Source: Ignavibacteria bacterium
GTDB taxonomy: Bacteria > Bacteroidota > Ignavibacteria > UBA10030 > SZUA-254
Assembly: GCA_031379665.1 (NCBI GenBank)
Contig: JANNFI010000089.1
Span: forward strand, 18,170 to 82,169
DNA: 64,000 nucleotides
Direction: 5' to 3'
Shown: piece after piece, positions 8,448 to 17,875 of the stretch
How the letters are laid out: each line of letters opens with the position of its first letter
How positions within the stretch are numbered: the stretch's first letter is position 1
Translations under genes and position numbers: made by a program
The notes under the pieces: model-generated
What the model saw: the letters and a program-made list of their open reading frames with translations, nothing else
Told to the model about the DNA's origin: nothing
Database searches by the model: none

Positions 8448-10310
8448 ATGACATTCAATTTCCGCGACACCGCGCTCATCCCGATCTGGGAGAAGGTCCG
8501 AAGTGGCGAACGCCTCTCGATGGCCGACGGCCTGGCCCTCTACGCGACGCCGGACCTCATCTCGCTCGGAAAGATGGCGCATTTCGCCAAGCAGCAGAAG
8601 AGCGGCGACGCCGTCTATTTCGTCCTCAATCAAAAAATCGAGCACACCAACATCTGTGTCCTGTCGTGCAAGTTCTGCGACTTCGCCGTGAAGAAGGGGG
8701 ACGCCGACGCCTACGAGATGACGACCGAAGAGATCGTCTCGAAGCTCACCCCCGAGATCGCGGAGGTGCACATCACCGGCGGCATGCCCGCCGACTGGCC
8801 CTGGGACCGGTATCTCGACATTGTCCGTACAATCTGTAAAAGATTCCCGAACACCGACGTCAAGGCGTTCACCGCGGTCGAGATCGACTTCTTCCACAAG
8901 AAGTTCAAAATGCCGATCGAGGAGGTCCTCCGGCAGTTGAAAGAGGCGGGACTCAAGACGATGCCGGGCGGTGGCGCGGAAGTATTCTCCGAGCGGGTGC
9001 GGAAACTCCTCTTCAACCAGAAGATCGGTGCGAAGGGATGGTTCGGCGTGCACAAGGCGGCGCACCGCCTCGGCATCCCGACCAACAGCACACTCCTCTA
9101 CGGCCACATCGAGACGCTCGAAGAGCGGCTCGACCACATGATTCAGCTGCGCGAGGCGCAGGATGAGACGGGCGGATTCCTGACGTTCATCCCCCTCGCC
9201 TTCCAGCCGGGCGACACCGGCATCAAGCCGCGCGAACGGTTCACATCGGCCATCGACGACTTGAAGACCATCGCGATTTCCCGGTTGATGCTCGACAACT
9301 TCCCTCACATCAAAGCCTACTGGGTGATGCTCACCGAGGAGGTGGCCTCGGTCGCGCTCAACTTCGGCGCCGACGACATGGACGGCACGGTGGGCCAGGA
9401 ACGCATCGCGCACGACGCCGGCGCCACGAGCCCGATGATGCTCGCGAAGGACCAGATCATTCGCATCATCAGGGATGCCGGCAAGATACCGGTCGAGAGG
9501 GACGTCTATTATAACCCCCTCAGGGTACACGCCGACAACGTCATCGGTAAAATCCCGTACCTCAACTCACTCCCGTTTTACAGCGGTTTCGAGAAGGGGC
9601 CGTTTAAGATCCTCCCGATCGTCCCGCGGAGGATGGGGATGCTCGCGGCGGACGGACAGTTGGTGGCGGGTTTGTTTTCACTGATGGATTACTACCGGAA
9701 TGAGTCGACGCTCGAGCCGCTCGACTGGGGCATCGCCACGCGCGACCAGGTGAAGAGCGTGATGCTCTTCTCGAACCACGGCTGGGCCGGCCTCGACGGG
9801 AAGCGGATCGGCGTCACCGACGAGACCGCCACGTCCATCCAGCTTCTGCGACTCCTGCTCGGGAAGAAGTACAACGTGAATGCCGAATTCGTCCGCCTCC
9901 ACGCCGGCGTGAACAGTTATGCCGACTTCGACGCGGTGCTCCTGATCGGCGACCAGGCGCTCTACCATAACAGGCGCGGCCTCGAGGGATTCGAACTCGT
10001 CTACGACCTCGCGGCCGAGTGGTACGACTGGAAGAAGATGCCGTTCGTCTTCGCGGTGTGGGCGGTGAAGAAGGACCTCCCGGCCGCGACGAAGGCCGCC
10101 CTCTCGGCCACAATCGCGGAATCACTCCGCAGGACAGAGGGCCGCTACCGGGCGATCGGTGAACTCCACGGCAGGGTCCTGGGCCTTGACCCGTCCTACG
10201 TCGAGGAATACCTCGAGGGGTTCAATTACACTCTCGGCGACAGGGAAAAAGAATCAATGCGGGAATTCAGGAAACTCACCGCCGCAGTGAACCCGGGGGT
10301 GATGATATGA
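8448..10310 (+). CDS. Radical-SAM MqnE/MqnC-family enzyme fused to a C-terminal MqnA-like (chorismate dehydratase fold) domain
   Basis: The N-terminal ~360 aa carry the CxxxCxxC motif (CVLSCKFCDF) and resemble aminofutalosine or cyclic-DHFL synthases. The C-terminal ~250 aa start IGKIPYLNSLPFYSGF, which is MqnA/MqnD-fold like. Confidence 0.8.
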   Translation: MTFNFRDTALIPIWEKVRSGERLSMADGLALYATPDLISLGKMAHFAKQQKSGDAVYFVLNQKIEHTNICVLSCKFCDFAVKKGDADAYEMTTEEIVSKLTPEIAEVHITGGMPADWPWDRYLDIVRTICKRFPNTDVKAFTAVEIDFFHKKFKMPIEEVLRQLKEAGLKTMPGGGAEVFSERVRKLLFNQKIGAKGWFGVHKAAHRLGIPTNSTLLYGHIETLEERLDHMIQLREAQDETGGFLTFIPLAFQPGDTGIKPRERFTSAIDDLKTIAISRLMLDNFPHIKAYWVMLTEEVASVALNFGADDMDGTVGQERIAHDAGATSPMMLAKDQIIRIIRDAGKIPVERDVYYNPLRVHADNVIGKIPYLNSLPFYSGFEKGPFKILPIVPRRMGMLAADGQLVAGLFSLMDYYRNESTLEPLDWGIATRDQVKSVMLFSNHGWAGLDGKRIGVTDETATSIQLLRLLLGKKYNVNAEFVRLHAGVNSYADFDAVLLIGDQALYHNRRGLEGFELVYDLAAEWYDWKKMPFVFAVWAVKKDLPAATKAALSATIAESLRRTEGRYRAIGELHGRVLGLDPSYVEEYLEGFNYTLGDREKESMREFRKLTAAVNPGVMI

Positions 10311-11404
10311 TCCAGCTCTCTTCGGTCTACGAAAAAGTGCGGGCCGGCGGGCGCCTGACGCCTGATGAGGCGGTCGTCCTCCTGAAGCACGGCGAACTTC
10401 TCGAGCTCGGCGACCTCGCAAACGGCGTCCGCGCCGAGAAGAACCCCGTGCCGAGGGTGACATTCGTGGTCGACACCAACCCGAACTACACCAACGTTTG
10501 CAACATCGATTGCATCTTCTGCGCCTTCTACCGGCACCCGGGGGACGAAGGCGAATACACCTACAGTGTCGATCATATGATCGGCGAGTTCAAGCGGTCG
10601 GCCGCCAGCGGGGTCACCACCATCCTCCTGCAGGGGGGCGTGAACCCGGCCCTGCCGTTTTCGTACTACCTCGAAATGGTGCGCCGCACGGTGGTGGAAG
10701 TTCCCGAAGTCCATCCGCACTTCTTCTCCACATCGGAGATCATCGGGATGGCGAACGTTTCGGGGCTGAGCGTGCCGGAAGTGCTGAAACAGTTGTGGGA
10801 GGCTGGGTTGCGGACCATTCCCGGCGGCGGCGCCGAGATCCTCAACGACCGGGTCAAGAAGAAAATCAGCCACCTGAAGGGGAGCTCCGACGACTGGCTG
10901 ATGGTGATGCGCGAGGCGCACAGGCTGGGTTATCGCTCGACCGCGACGATGATGTACGGCCACCTCGAAACCGACGAGGAGCTCGTAGAGCACCTCGACC
11001 GGATCCGTCGGTTACAGGACGAGACGGGCGGGTTCACGGCGTTCGTCCCGTGGAGCTTCAAGCCGGGGAACACGCCGCTCGAGAAGATCATCCCACACTA
11101 CGCCACGCCGGTGCGCTACCTCCAGGTGCTGGCGATATCAAGAATGTATCTCGACAACTTCGACCATATCCAGGCGTCGTGGTTCTCGGAAGGAAAGAAG
11201 ACGGGACAGATCGCGCTCCACTTCGGCGCCGACGATTTCGGGGGGACGCTCTTCGAGGAAAACGTACACGCGGCGGCCAACTTCGTCAATAAGAGCAACA
11301 CCGAAGAGGTCGTGAACCTCATCCGCGAGTCGGGGTTCATTCCCGCGCAGCGGGACACGCTCTATAACATTCTGAGAGTCTTCGACCCCGCGGCGGCGGC
11401 GTAG
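10307..11404 (+). CDS. Radical-SAM MqnC/MqnE paralog (futalosine pathway)
   Basis: 365 aa with CNIDCIFCAF motif. Its ATG overlaps the upstream stop (ATGATATGA). It is a paralog of the N-domain of 8448..10310. Confidence 0.8.
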   Translation: MIQLSSVYEKVRAGGRLTPDEAVVLLKHGELLELGDLANGVRAEKNPVPRVTFVVDTNPNYTNVCNIDCIFCAFYRHPGDEGEYTYSVDHMIGEFKRSAASGVTTILLQGGVNPALPFSYYLEMVRRTVVEVPEVHPHFFSTSEIIGMANVSGLSVPEVLKQLWEAGLRTIPGGGAEILNDRVKKKISHLKGSSDDWLMVMREAHRLGYRSTATMMYGHLETDEELVEHLDRIRRLQDETGGFTAFVPWSFKPGNTPLEKIIPHYATPVRYLQVLAISRMYLDNFDHIQASWFSEGKKTGQIALHFGADDFGGTLFEENVHAAANFVNKSNTEEVVNLIRESGFIPAQRDTLYNILRVFDPAAAA

Positions 11405-11408
11405 CCGC

Positions 11409-11903
11409 TCAGGGTGCGATCCGCTTGTATTCACCCGCCAGATCGCGGTCGAGCGCTTTCCCCAACGACCGCAGCCATTTCTCCAGGTAGGCGTCATCCA
11501 TTTTCGGCGACCGGGCGAGGATGCCGCGGATGTCTTCCAGGTCGCGCGGACGCCCCGCGACGATTTTATGGATGATCAGGTCTTCAACCGCAATGAATCG
11601 CACTTCTCCGGATCCAAGAGGAACTGACACAACCCGCTGCAGGGCCGATCGCTCGTATTCGCTGAATGAAAATATCAAGTCAACCCTGATGCCGGTGGCC
11701 GTTTCGATCAGGGGGAGAACGTGCGTTTCGGAAACAAACCGCCCGACGTCCTTCGTCGCAACGTCCAGCCCTGAGCCCTCAATCGGCCGAAGGACGGATT
11801 GCAACTTGTCGATGTCGACGCCCAGGGTGATGTCAATATCGCGCGTCAGCCTTGGTTCCCCGTAATAGAGCACGGCCTGGCCGCTGATCACCATATAGGG
11901 CAT
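11409..11903 (-). CDS. Minimal nucleotidyltransferase-fold protein (MNT-like, TA-module-like)
   Basis: 164 aa. N-terminus VISGQAVLYYGEPRLTRDIDITLGVDI matches the GS...DxD Pol-beta NTase signature. Confidence 0.55.
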   Translation of the reverse strand: MPYMVISGQAVLYYGEPRLTRDIDITLGVDIDKLQSVLRPIEGSGLDVATKDVGRFVSETHVLPLIETATGIRVDLIFSFSEYERSALQRVVSVPLGSGEVRFIAVEDLIIHKIVAGRPRDLEDIRGILARSPKMDDAYLEKWLRSLGKALDRDLAGEYKRIAP

Positions 11904-11944
11904 CGAGGCCGCTGTCGAGCAGGGAGGCGAGCAGGGAGGCGAGC

Positions 11945-12190
11945 TTAACGAGGAGGGCTTGAAACATCGATGTTCAACATCGCGGCCAGCCGGATGACAT
12001 CGTCGATACCCTCCAGGGGATCGTCGGATTTGAAGTGGCCGAAATGGCGCGCCTCCGCATAGAGTCCATCCAGGATCCGCAACTTCATTTCCAGAGTGAG
12101 ATGATCCGCGGCCCTGGAACGTCGATCGAAGTCCGCATATTTATCGGGGTTCGTGATCATCTGTAAATATACGCATCTCACCAACGACAA
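11945..12190 (-). CDS. Small hypothetical protein, upstream partner of the NTase gene
   Basis: 81-aa ORF, co-directional with and 41 bp upstream of the NTase gene. No recognised domain. A possible R-x3-H motif is not a canonical HEPN Rx4-6H. Confidence 0.4.
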   Translation of the reverse strand: MSLVRCVYLQMITNPDKYADFDRRSRAADHLTLEMKLRILDGLYAEARHFGHFKSDDPLEGIDDVIRLAAMLNIDVSSPPR

Positions 12191-12236
12191 TCTATCGTTG
12201 CAGGTGGTGCGCGGGTCCCGACCCCCCCCCTGCGGT

Positions 12237-13070
12237 TTACACCAGCCGGAATTCCTTCACCGCGGGCAGTCCGACCTTCTCGCTCGCCCTCCGGTAGAGC
12301 TCCTTCAGTCCCGCCTCTCCCCTTTCTCCCATGTCGATCGTCAACTCGTTGACATACATTTTCACGAACGTTTCGCCCTTTTGGGCGTCGATCCCGCGGC
12401 CCCACTCGAGCGCGTAAGGGATCGAGTCCTCCTGGTGCTTGTATCCGAAATCGATGCTGTCCCGGAGGCCGACAGACAGATCGTGCCCCATCTTTTCCCC
12501 GAGGTCCTTCCGGACCACATCGAGTCCGAGGGGAAGGGGAAGCCCGTTCGTCTCGTCGCGCCAGAGCTCGCCGAAGTCGAGGATTTTATGGTAGCCCTGT
12601 TCCTGGTAGGTAATTTGTCCTTCGTGGATCACGACGCCTGCGTCGATCCTCCCCTCGTCGATCATCGGCATCAACTGGTCGAATGGCCGGTCGACGTGCT
12701 CTATCCCTTCGGTGAACATCCTGAAGAGGAGGGTCGCGGTCGTCAGGGGTCCGGGCGTGCCGACGGTTTTTCCCTTCAGTTCGGCGAGGGTTGTGTATTT
12801 TTTCGAGATGAGGACCGGGCCGTACCCGTCTCCCATGCTTGCGCCGGTGCGCATGATCCAGTATTTGTCCTGGACGTAGGGAAAAGCGTGCGCCGAGATC
12901 GCCGTGACTTCCAGCTCCCCCTTCATCGCGCGGACGTTCAGCGATTGGATGTCCTCGAGCATATGCTCGATCCTGATCCCCTCGAGCTTGACCCTGCCGC
13001 TGGCGAGGCCGTAGAACATGAACGCGTCGTCGGGGTCCGGGCTGTGCCCCACGCGGATGATTTTTTCCAT
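12237..13070 (-). CDS. mqnD: MqnD (1,4-dihydroxy-6-naphthoate synthase), futalosine pathway
   Basis: 277 aa with the VGHSPDPDDAFMFYGL motif typical of MqnD/MqnA-fold proteins. Confidence 0.8.
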   Translation of the reverse strand: MEKIIRVGHSPDPDDAFMFYGLASGRVKLEGIRIEHMLEDIQSLNVRAMKGELEVTAISAHAFPYVQDKYWIMRTGASMGDGYGPVLISKKYTTLAELKGKTVGTPGPLTTATLLFRMFTEGIEHVDRPFDQLMPMIDEGRIDAGVVIHEGQITYQEQGYHKILDFGELWRDETNGLPLPLGLDVVRKDLGEKMGHDLSVGLRDSIDFGYKHQEDSIPYALEWGRGIDAQKGETFVKMYVNELTIDMGERGEAGLKELYRRASEKVGLPAVKEFRLV

Positions 13071-13148
13071 CGGGATTCGATTGAGGTGGTGAACGAGCCA
13101 CCAATATAAATAATCAGCGGGTGATTTCCACGCCTCCGGACGCGCGGT

Positions 13149-14687
13149 TCAGGCCTCTTCGGCCTGCTTCTTCTCGATCCGCTTGATGGTGAGGTAGAGT
13201 GCGATCGCCACGATCGTGATGATCAGCGTGGCCACTCCCAGCCCATACCGGCGGAAGTAGAACTCGTCGATGCTCTCCTGCCCCTGCACCGCCACCACGC
13301 CGGCCACGGCGATCCCCTGGTTCACCACTTCGGCAAATTTCGGCTCGTTGAAGGCGTGCACCGCTGTGCGCGACAACAGGCGCGATTGCCGGATTTCGCG
13401 GAGTCGGAACTTCGCCTCCGAGATTTCCATCCCCTTCTGCTCGGCGTTCGTCACGAGCGAATCGGCCCGCCGTTCAGAGCGCTCGAGCGAGTCGATCATC
13501 GTCCGCATCAGCGCGGCCGCCTGGTAGCCTTTCGGGTTGTCGGCCGGCGAGTGGCAGCGGGAGCAGACCGCCTCGTCGGAAGTCCCGAGGAGGGCGTCGG
13601 TGGCGTTGATGATCGCGTGGTTGCCATGGCACGTCTCACACTCCGGCAGCCCGAGTTCGTCGTACGCCTTCTTGTGGGGGCTCTCGGCGAACAGCGATGC
13701 GTTCATCGCGTGGCAGGTCCCGCACACTTTCGAGATGGAGGCCACTTCCGGCGGCGCCGCGCCGTGGTTGCCGTGACAGTCGTTGCACGAGGGGGCTCCG
13801 AGGTCGTGTTTTTCCAGAAGAGCTTTGCCGTGGACGCTGGTGCGGAACTCGGCGAGCTGGTCGGTCCCGATGGAATACTCCTTCATATACTCGGCGTTCG
13901 CGTGGCAGGTGCCGCAGGTGTTGGGCAGGTTGATCGCGTTGACGCTCGATTTCGCGTCGACGGCCCTGAGGATGTCGTGGCTGCCGTGGCAACTGGAGCA
14001 GACGGCCACATTTGAGTCTCCCTTCGCGAGCCTCATCCCGTGGACGCTCGTTTTGTATTTCTCCTCCTGGTCGATCGGCAGGGCCTGGTTGTACGACCGC
14101 ATGAAGACAGCGCTGGAGTGACAGGTCGCGCAGGTCTTGTTGACGTTCAGGTGATTGACGGGGGACCGGGGATCCTTGACGCTTTTGATGTCGTGGACGC
14201 CGTGGCAGGTGACGCACTGGACCATTTTCTCCACCCCCGAGACGGCCATTTTCCCGTGGACGCTGGCCGCGAGGTTTTCCATCTGGTTCAGACTGAGCGA
14301 CGACTTGAAGTTCGTCTTCATCACTTGCGCGTCGGAGTGGCACCGCTGGCAACTCTTCGAGATGTCGTCGCCCTTCGGGACGCCGATGAATCCGTGGTCG
14401 GCCGACATCGACTTTTCCTGGTCGTCGGAAGATGGATCACCGCCGTGGCACCCCGCGCACGATATCCCTTTCTGATAATGTATGTCGGCCGCGTATTTCA
14501 TCCCTACCGCTTCTCCAAGGGCCTTGTGGCAGGTGAGGCAATTGTCCGGCTTCGCGGTCGCGGTCCTGAACAGGGCGTCGGCGGATTGCGCGTGGAGCGC
14601 GCCGGCGAGGATGAGCTGGATAGCGGCGATGACGATCGGTAGCGACGGCGCGATGCGGATGACCGTTCGTGTTTTCATGAGAGCCAT
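13149..14687 (-). CDS. Undecahaem c-type cytochrome with C-terminal transmembrane anchor
   Basis: 11 CxxCH motifs counted (CLTCH, CAGCH, CQRCH, CVTCH, CATCH, CSSCH, CGTCH, CNDCH, CGTCH, CETCH, CSRCH). Signal peptide [37 protein letters not shown]-terminal helix [18 protein letters not shown]. The alternative ATG at 14678 overlaps the cyt b stop (ATGA). The track extension to 14969 is an antisense overlap. Confidence 0.8.
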   Translation of the reverse strand: MALMKTRTVIRIAPSLPIVIAAIQLILAGALHAQSADALFRTATAKPDNCLTCHKALGEAVGMKYAADIHYQKGISCAGCHGGDPSSDDQEKSMSADHGFIGVPKGDDISKSCQRCHSDAQVMKTNFKSSLSLNQMENLAASVHGKMAVSGVEKMVQCVTCHGVHDIKSVKDPRSPVNHLNVNKTCATCHSSAVFMRSYNQALPIDQEEKYKTSVHGMRLAKGDSNVAVCSSCHGSHDILRAVDAKSSVNAINLPNTCGTCHANAEYMKEYSIGTDQLAEFRTSVHGKALLEKHDLGAPSCNDCHGNHGAAPPEVASISKVCGTCHAMNASLFAESPHKKAYDELGLPECETCHGNHAIINATDALLGTSDEAVCSRCHSPADNPKGYQAAALMRTMIDSLERSERRADSLVTNAEQKGMEISEAKFRLREIRQSRLLSRTAVHAFNEPKFAEVVNQGIAVAGVVAVQGQESIDEFYFRRYGLGVATLIITIVAIALYLTIKRIEKKQAEEA

Positions 14688-15769
14688 CCGATGATGGTCA
14701 TGACGATGATGAACATGACGGCGATGAGGCCGCCGTAGGTGACGAGCCGGCTCTTCTTCCCCCTCGCGCTGCTCCTGTCCCAGAACGGCACCAGCGTCCA
14801 GAGCAGCCCGGCGAGGCCGAAGAACATGATGCCGAGCACCTCCCCTTCGAAGACGAGGATGTTCGCCGGAAGGTACTTGAGCGTCTGGAACATGAACATG
14901 AAGTACCACTCCGGTTTGATCCCCGCCGGGGCCGACGCGAAGGGGTCGGCCTTCACGCCGAGCTCCCACGGGAAGAGCACCGCGAGCACGGCCAGAAGGT
15001 TCAGGACGATGAGCCAGAGCAGGAGGTCCCGGTAGAGGAAGTTCGGGAAGAAGGGCATCTTCTTCATTGGGATGGGCGGCGCCGCGCCCGGGGCCGCGAC
15101 ATCGGAGCCCAATGGCTCGCTCATCCCCTGCCGCTGGACCAGAACGAGGTGGATCCCGAGGAGGACGGTGAAGAGGCCGGGAAAGACCGCCACGTGGAAC
15201 CCGAAGAACCTCGAGAGGGTCGCGCCGGTGACGTCGGGGCCGCTCCGGAGGAATTCCAGGATCGGCTCGCCGATGAACGGCACCACGCCGGCGATGTCGG
15301 TGCCCACCTTGGTGGCGAAGAACGCCAGCTCGTTCCAGGGAAGCAGGTATCCGCTGAACCCGAAGCCCATCCCGAGGAAGAGCATCAGCATCCCGGTGAG
15401 CCAGGTGATCTCGCGCGGTTTGCGGTAAGTCCGTTCGAAGAAGACGCTGAACATGTGGATCATCGCCGACAGGATGAAGAGGTTCGCCGCCCAGCTGTGG
15501 ATCGACCGGATCAGCCAGCCGAACTCCACCTTCGACATGATATATTGAATGCTCTCGTACGCCAGGTCCTCGCTGCCTTTATAGTAGAGGAGCAGCATGA
15601 TCCCGGTGACGACCTGGATGATGAAGAGGAAGAGCGTCACACCGCCGAAGTAGTACCAGATGGAGTGGCGGTGCACGGGCACGTACTTCTTCCCCATGAA
15701 GTTCACCAGGTCCTCGAGGTGGACCCGCTCGTTGACCCAGCCGTAGGCCTTTTCGAGGGCCTTCTTCAT
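14675..15769 (-). CDS. Cytochrome b of a bc/b6f-type complex
   Basis: [21 protein letters not shown]..., polytopic with conserved His-containing helices. Start ATG at 15769 overlaps the Rieske stop (ATGA). Confidence 0.85.
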   Translation of the reverse strand: MKKALEKAYGWVNERVHLEDLVNFMGKKYVPVHRHSIWYYFGGVTLFLFIIQVVTGIMLLLYYKGSEDLAYESIQYIMSKVEFGWLIRSIHSWAANLFILSAMIHMFSVFFERTYRKPREITWLTGMLMLFLGMGFGFSGYLLPWNELAFFATKVGTDIAGVVPFIGEPILEFLRSGPDVTGATLSRFFGFHVAVFPGLFTVLLGIHLVLVQRQGMSEPLGSDVAAPGAAPPIPMKKMPFFPNFLYRDLLLWLIVLNLLAVLAVLFPWELGVKADPFASAPAGIKPEWYFMFMFQTLKYLPANILVFEGEVLGIMFFGLAGLLWTLVPFWDRSSARGKKSRLVTYGGLIAVMFIIVMTIIGWLS

Positions 15770-16227
15770 ACAATTTTCGCGATCACGATTTCGTCCCCCT
15801 GGACGACGACCTTGTACGGTTCGAGCGGTCTTGGCGGCGGTCCCGCGACGTTCCGGCCGGTCAGGTCGTACTTGCCGTTGTGGCAGGCGCACCAGATCAT
15901 CCCGATCTCCTTGTTGAACTGAACGGTGCAGTCGAGGTGCGTGCAGGTGGCGTCGAACGCCTTGAGCTCGTCGTCGGCCGTGCGCACGAGGATCACCGGC
16001 TTGTTGCCGAACTTGATGATCTTTCCTGAATCGCGCGCAAGGTCGTCCTTCTTCCCCGCGTTCACCGACTTCACCTCCACCTCCGCCTGCACCGGCGGCT
16101 TCAGGTACGCGAGGATGGGGTAGAAGATCGAGGCGAAGAAGGCGAGAAGGCCGCCCGAGAGGACGTACCGTAAAAAGTTTCGTTTTCCCTCATCGGGCGC
16201 CGGCCGGGAGCTGGTTGCGTTCATCAT
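15766..16227 (-). CDS. Rieske 2Fe-2S protein
   Basis: CTHLDC...CACHNGKY Rieske boxes, N-terminal TM helix, 153 aa. Confidence 0.9.
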   Translation of the reverse strand: MMNATSSRPAPDEGKRNFLRYVLSGGLLAFFASIFYPILAYLKPPVQAEVEVKSVNAGKKDDLARDSGKIIKFGNKPVILVRTADDELKAFDATCTHLDCTVQFNKEIGMIWCACHNGKYDLTGRNVAGPPPRPLEPYKVVVQGDEIVIAKIV

Positions 16228-16260
16228 TCCATGTGCTCAGTCGTTACGGGGTCGTCCGGG

Positions 16261-17760
16261 CTATTGCGCGCCCGGCGCGTGACACTCGCTGCAGTTCATT
16301 TCCATCCAGGCGTCGCCGATGTCGACCGGGTGTTTGTAATCGATCCCCCCGAGCGAAATTCTCAGTGTGTCCTCCTCGAATTTCTGCGCGAGGATCGTAT
16401 GGCAGGTGTTGCAGTCCTTCGAGAGAACCTTCCCCTGCTCGTTGACGTGCTTGCCGTCGTGGCAGCGGAAACAGCCGTTATAATAGAGGTGCCCCAGGTT
16501 GTCGGGAAACTTCCTCCAGTCGGTCTTCATCTCGGGGAAGTAATTCCGGTTGTAAATCTTCTGGACCTCCGCGATGGCGCTGTCGAGCGTCGGCTTCCCC
16601 GACGCGAAAACCTCCGGGTGGTTGTCCCGGTAATAGCCTTCCATCGTGAGCCGGATGGTGTCGAGCGCGCCCTCCCTGGTGGAGTAGTCTGCCTCGAGCG
16701 CCTCGACGCTCACCGACTTCACCGACGGCAGCGACGGGCTGATCCAGCCGAGCGACATCACGTGGTTCACCGAGCGGGCTGGTGGATGGTAGATGTGCGA
16801 CGGGCGGTTGTGGCAATCGATGCAGTCCATCCGGCGCGTGAAGGCGGTCTCGAGCGAATCCTCCGTGACCTCGACCTCGGTGCTCCGGTAGATCGTCTCC
16901 GCGCCGTCCGGTGTCCTCGACCTGACCCACGGGATCACCTGGCGCCCGCGGTCGAGCGCCTTGTAGGTTACCTCGTGCGCGATGTTCATGTGCCAGTGGA
17001 TGCCGGAGGTGGGCCCCGCCTCTGCGTTTCCTCCCCCGATTTTCATCAGCAAATTAATGTCCCACCGGGTGTTTTTGTCGTCGGCGAGGTAGTAGGTGTT
17101 CGTCCGCTGTTTCTCACTGAAGAAGTGCTTCGGCCAGTGACACTGTTCGCACGTCCCCTGCGCCGGACGGAGGTTTTCGATCGGGGTGGGGATCGGCTTC
17201 GGGTATTTGTCGAAGGCGACTGCGTAAAGCTGGTAACTACCGGAGATCTTCGCCTTCACGAACCAGTCCGCCCCCGACCCGATGTGGCACTGCACGCAGC
17301 CCACCCTCGCGTGGGGGGAGAACTGGTAGGCGGTGTACTCGGGCTCCATCACCGTATGGCACGTTTCCCCGCAGAACTCGTCGGACTCCGTGTACTCGTA
17401 CGCCTTGAAGCTGCCGAACGCCGAGAAGAGAAGGAGCGCGAGGCCGCCGGCCGAAATGCTCACGAACGCGGTCCGGTGCCTCGGGTTGTTCAGGTCGATC
17501 TGCGGGAGGTGCAGACCGTGGGGCTTGCCGAGCCGCTCGCGGCGATTTTCGCGCATCACGCCGTAGGTCATCAGCGCGATCCCCAGGAGGAGGAACACCG
17601 GCATGATCACGAACGTGATGATGCCGACGTAGGGATTCTCGACGGCGGCCATCAACTCGAGGATCGTCAGGAACAGGATCAGGCCGAAACTGATGCCTGC
17701 GATGGCCGCCCCGATGAGCGTGACAAGGTTGTAGAACGATTGGGGGAAGATGCGTTTCAT
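16261..17760 (-). CDS. Heptahaem membrane cytochrome c with three N-terminal TM helices (ImcH-like architecture)
   Basis: 7 CxxCH (CGETCH, CVQCH, CEQCH, CIDCH, CFRCH, CNTCH, CSECH). Three hydrophobic helices precede the first haem. The ATG at 17760 (MKRIFPQSFYNL) is preferred. Confidence 0.75.
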   Translation of the reverse strand: MKRIFPQSFYNLVTLIGAAIAGISFGLILFLTILELMAAVENPYVGIITFVIMPVFLLLGIALMTYGVMRENRRERLGKPHGLHLPQIDLNNPRHRTAFVSISAGGLALLLFSAFGSFKAYEYTESDEFCGETCHTVMEPEYTAYQFSPHARVGCVQCHIGSGADWFVKAKISGSYQLYAVAFDKYPKPIPTPIENLRPAQGTCEQCHWPKHFFSEKQRTNTYYLADDKNTRWDINLLMKIGGGNAEAGPTSGIHWHMNIAHEVTYKALDRGRQVIPWVRSRTPDGAETIYRSTEVEVTEDSLETAFTRRMDCIDCHNRPSHIYHPPARSVNHVMSLGWISPSLPSVKSVSVEALEADYSTREGALDTIRLTMEGYYRDNHPEVFASGKPTLDSAIAEVQKIYNRNYFPEMKTDWRKFPDNLGHLYYNGCFRCHDGKHVNEQGKVLSKDCNTCHTILAQKFEEDTLRISLGGIDYKHPVDIGDAWMEMNCSECHAPGAQ

Positions 17761-17875
17761 TCTGGCGTCGTTGGCTGGAAACAGCTGGCAATGTAATGAT
17801 TCCAGCGGTGAATGCAAATCTCAGCGGCGTTCGCGGCGGGGCTGGAGGCCCCCGTGAGCACACGATTCGTCCGGT

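Noticed and set aside
11945-12190. Calling the 81-aa ORF a HEPN toxin
   Set aside because: Only an R-x3-H spacing is present, not the canonical R-x4-6-H. It is retained as an unassigned partner.
13149-14969. Extended starts for the 11-haem cytochrome (14969), cytochrome b (15892), ImcH-like (17817), YceI (23585), S9 hydrolase (53332) and photolyase (43830)
   Set aside because: The extensions precede clear signal peptides or conserved N-termini, or they overlap the upstream gene. Internal ATGs at coupled positions were preferred.
16231-17796. 521-aa plus-strand ORF antisense to the ImcH-like cytochrome, and the similar antisense ORFs at 18695-19672, 28460-29746, 31309-33066, 35424-36536, 49746-50906 and 50885-52114
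   Set aside because: All overlap strongly supported genes on the other strand. They have R/G/P/D-rich composition and lack motifs. They are typical GC-driven open frames.
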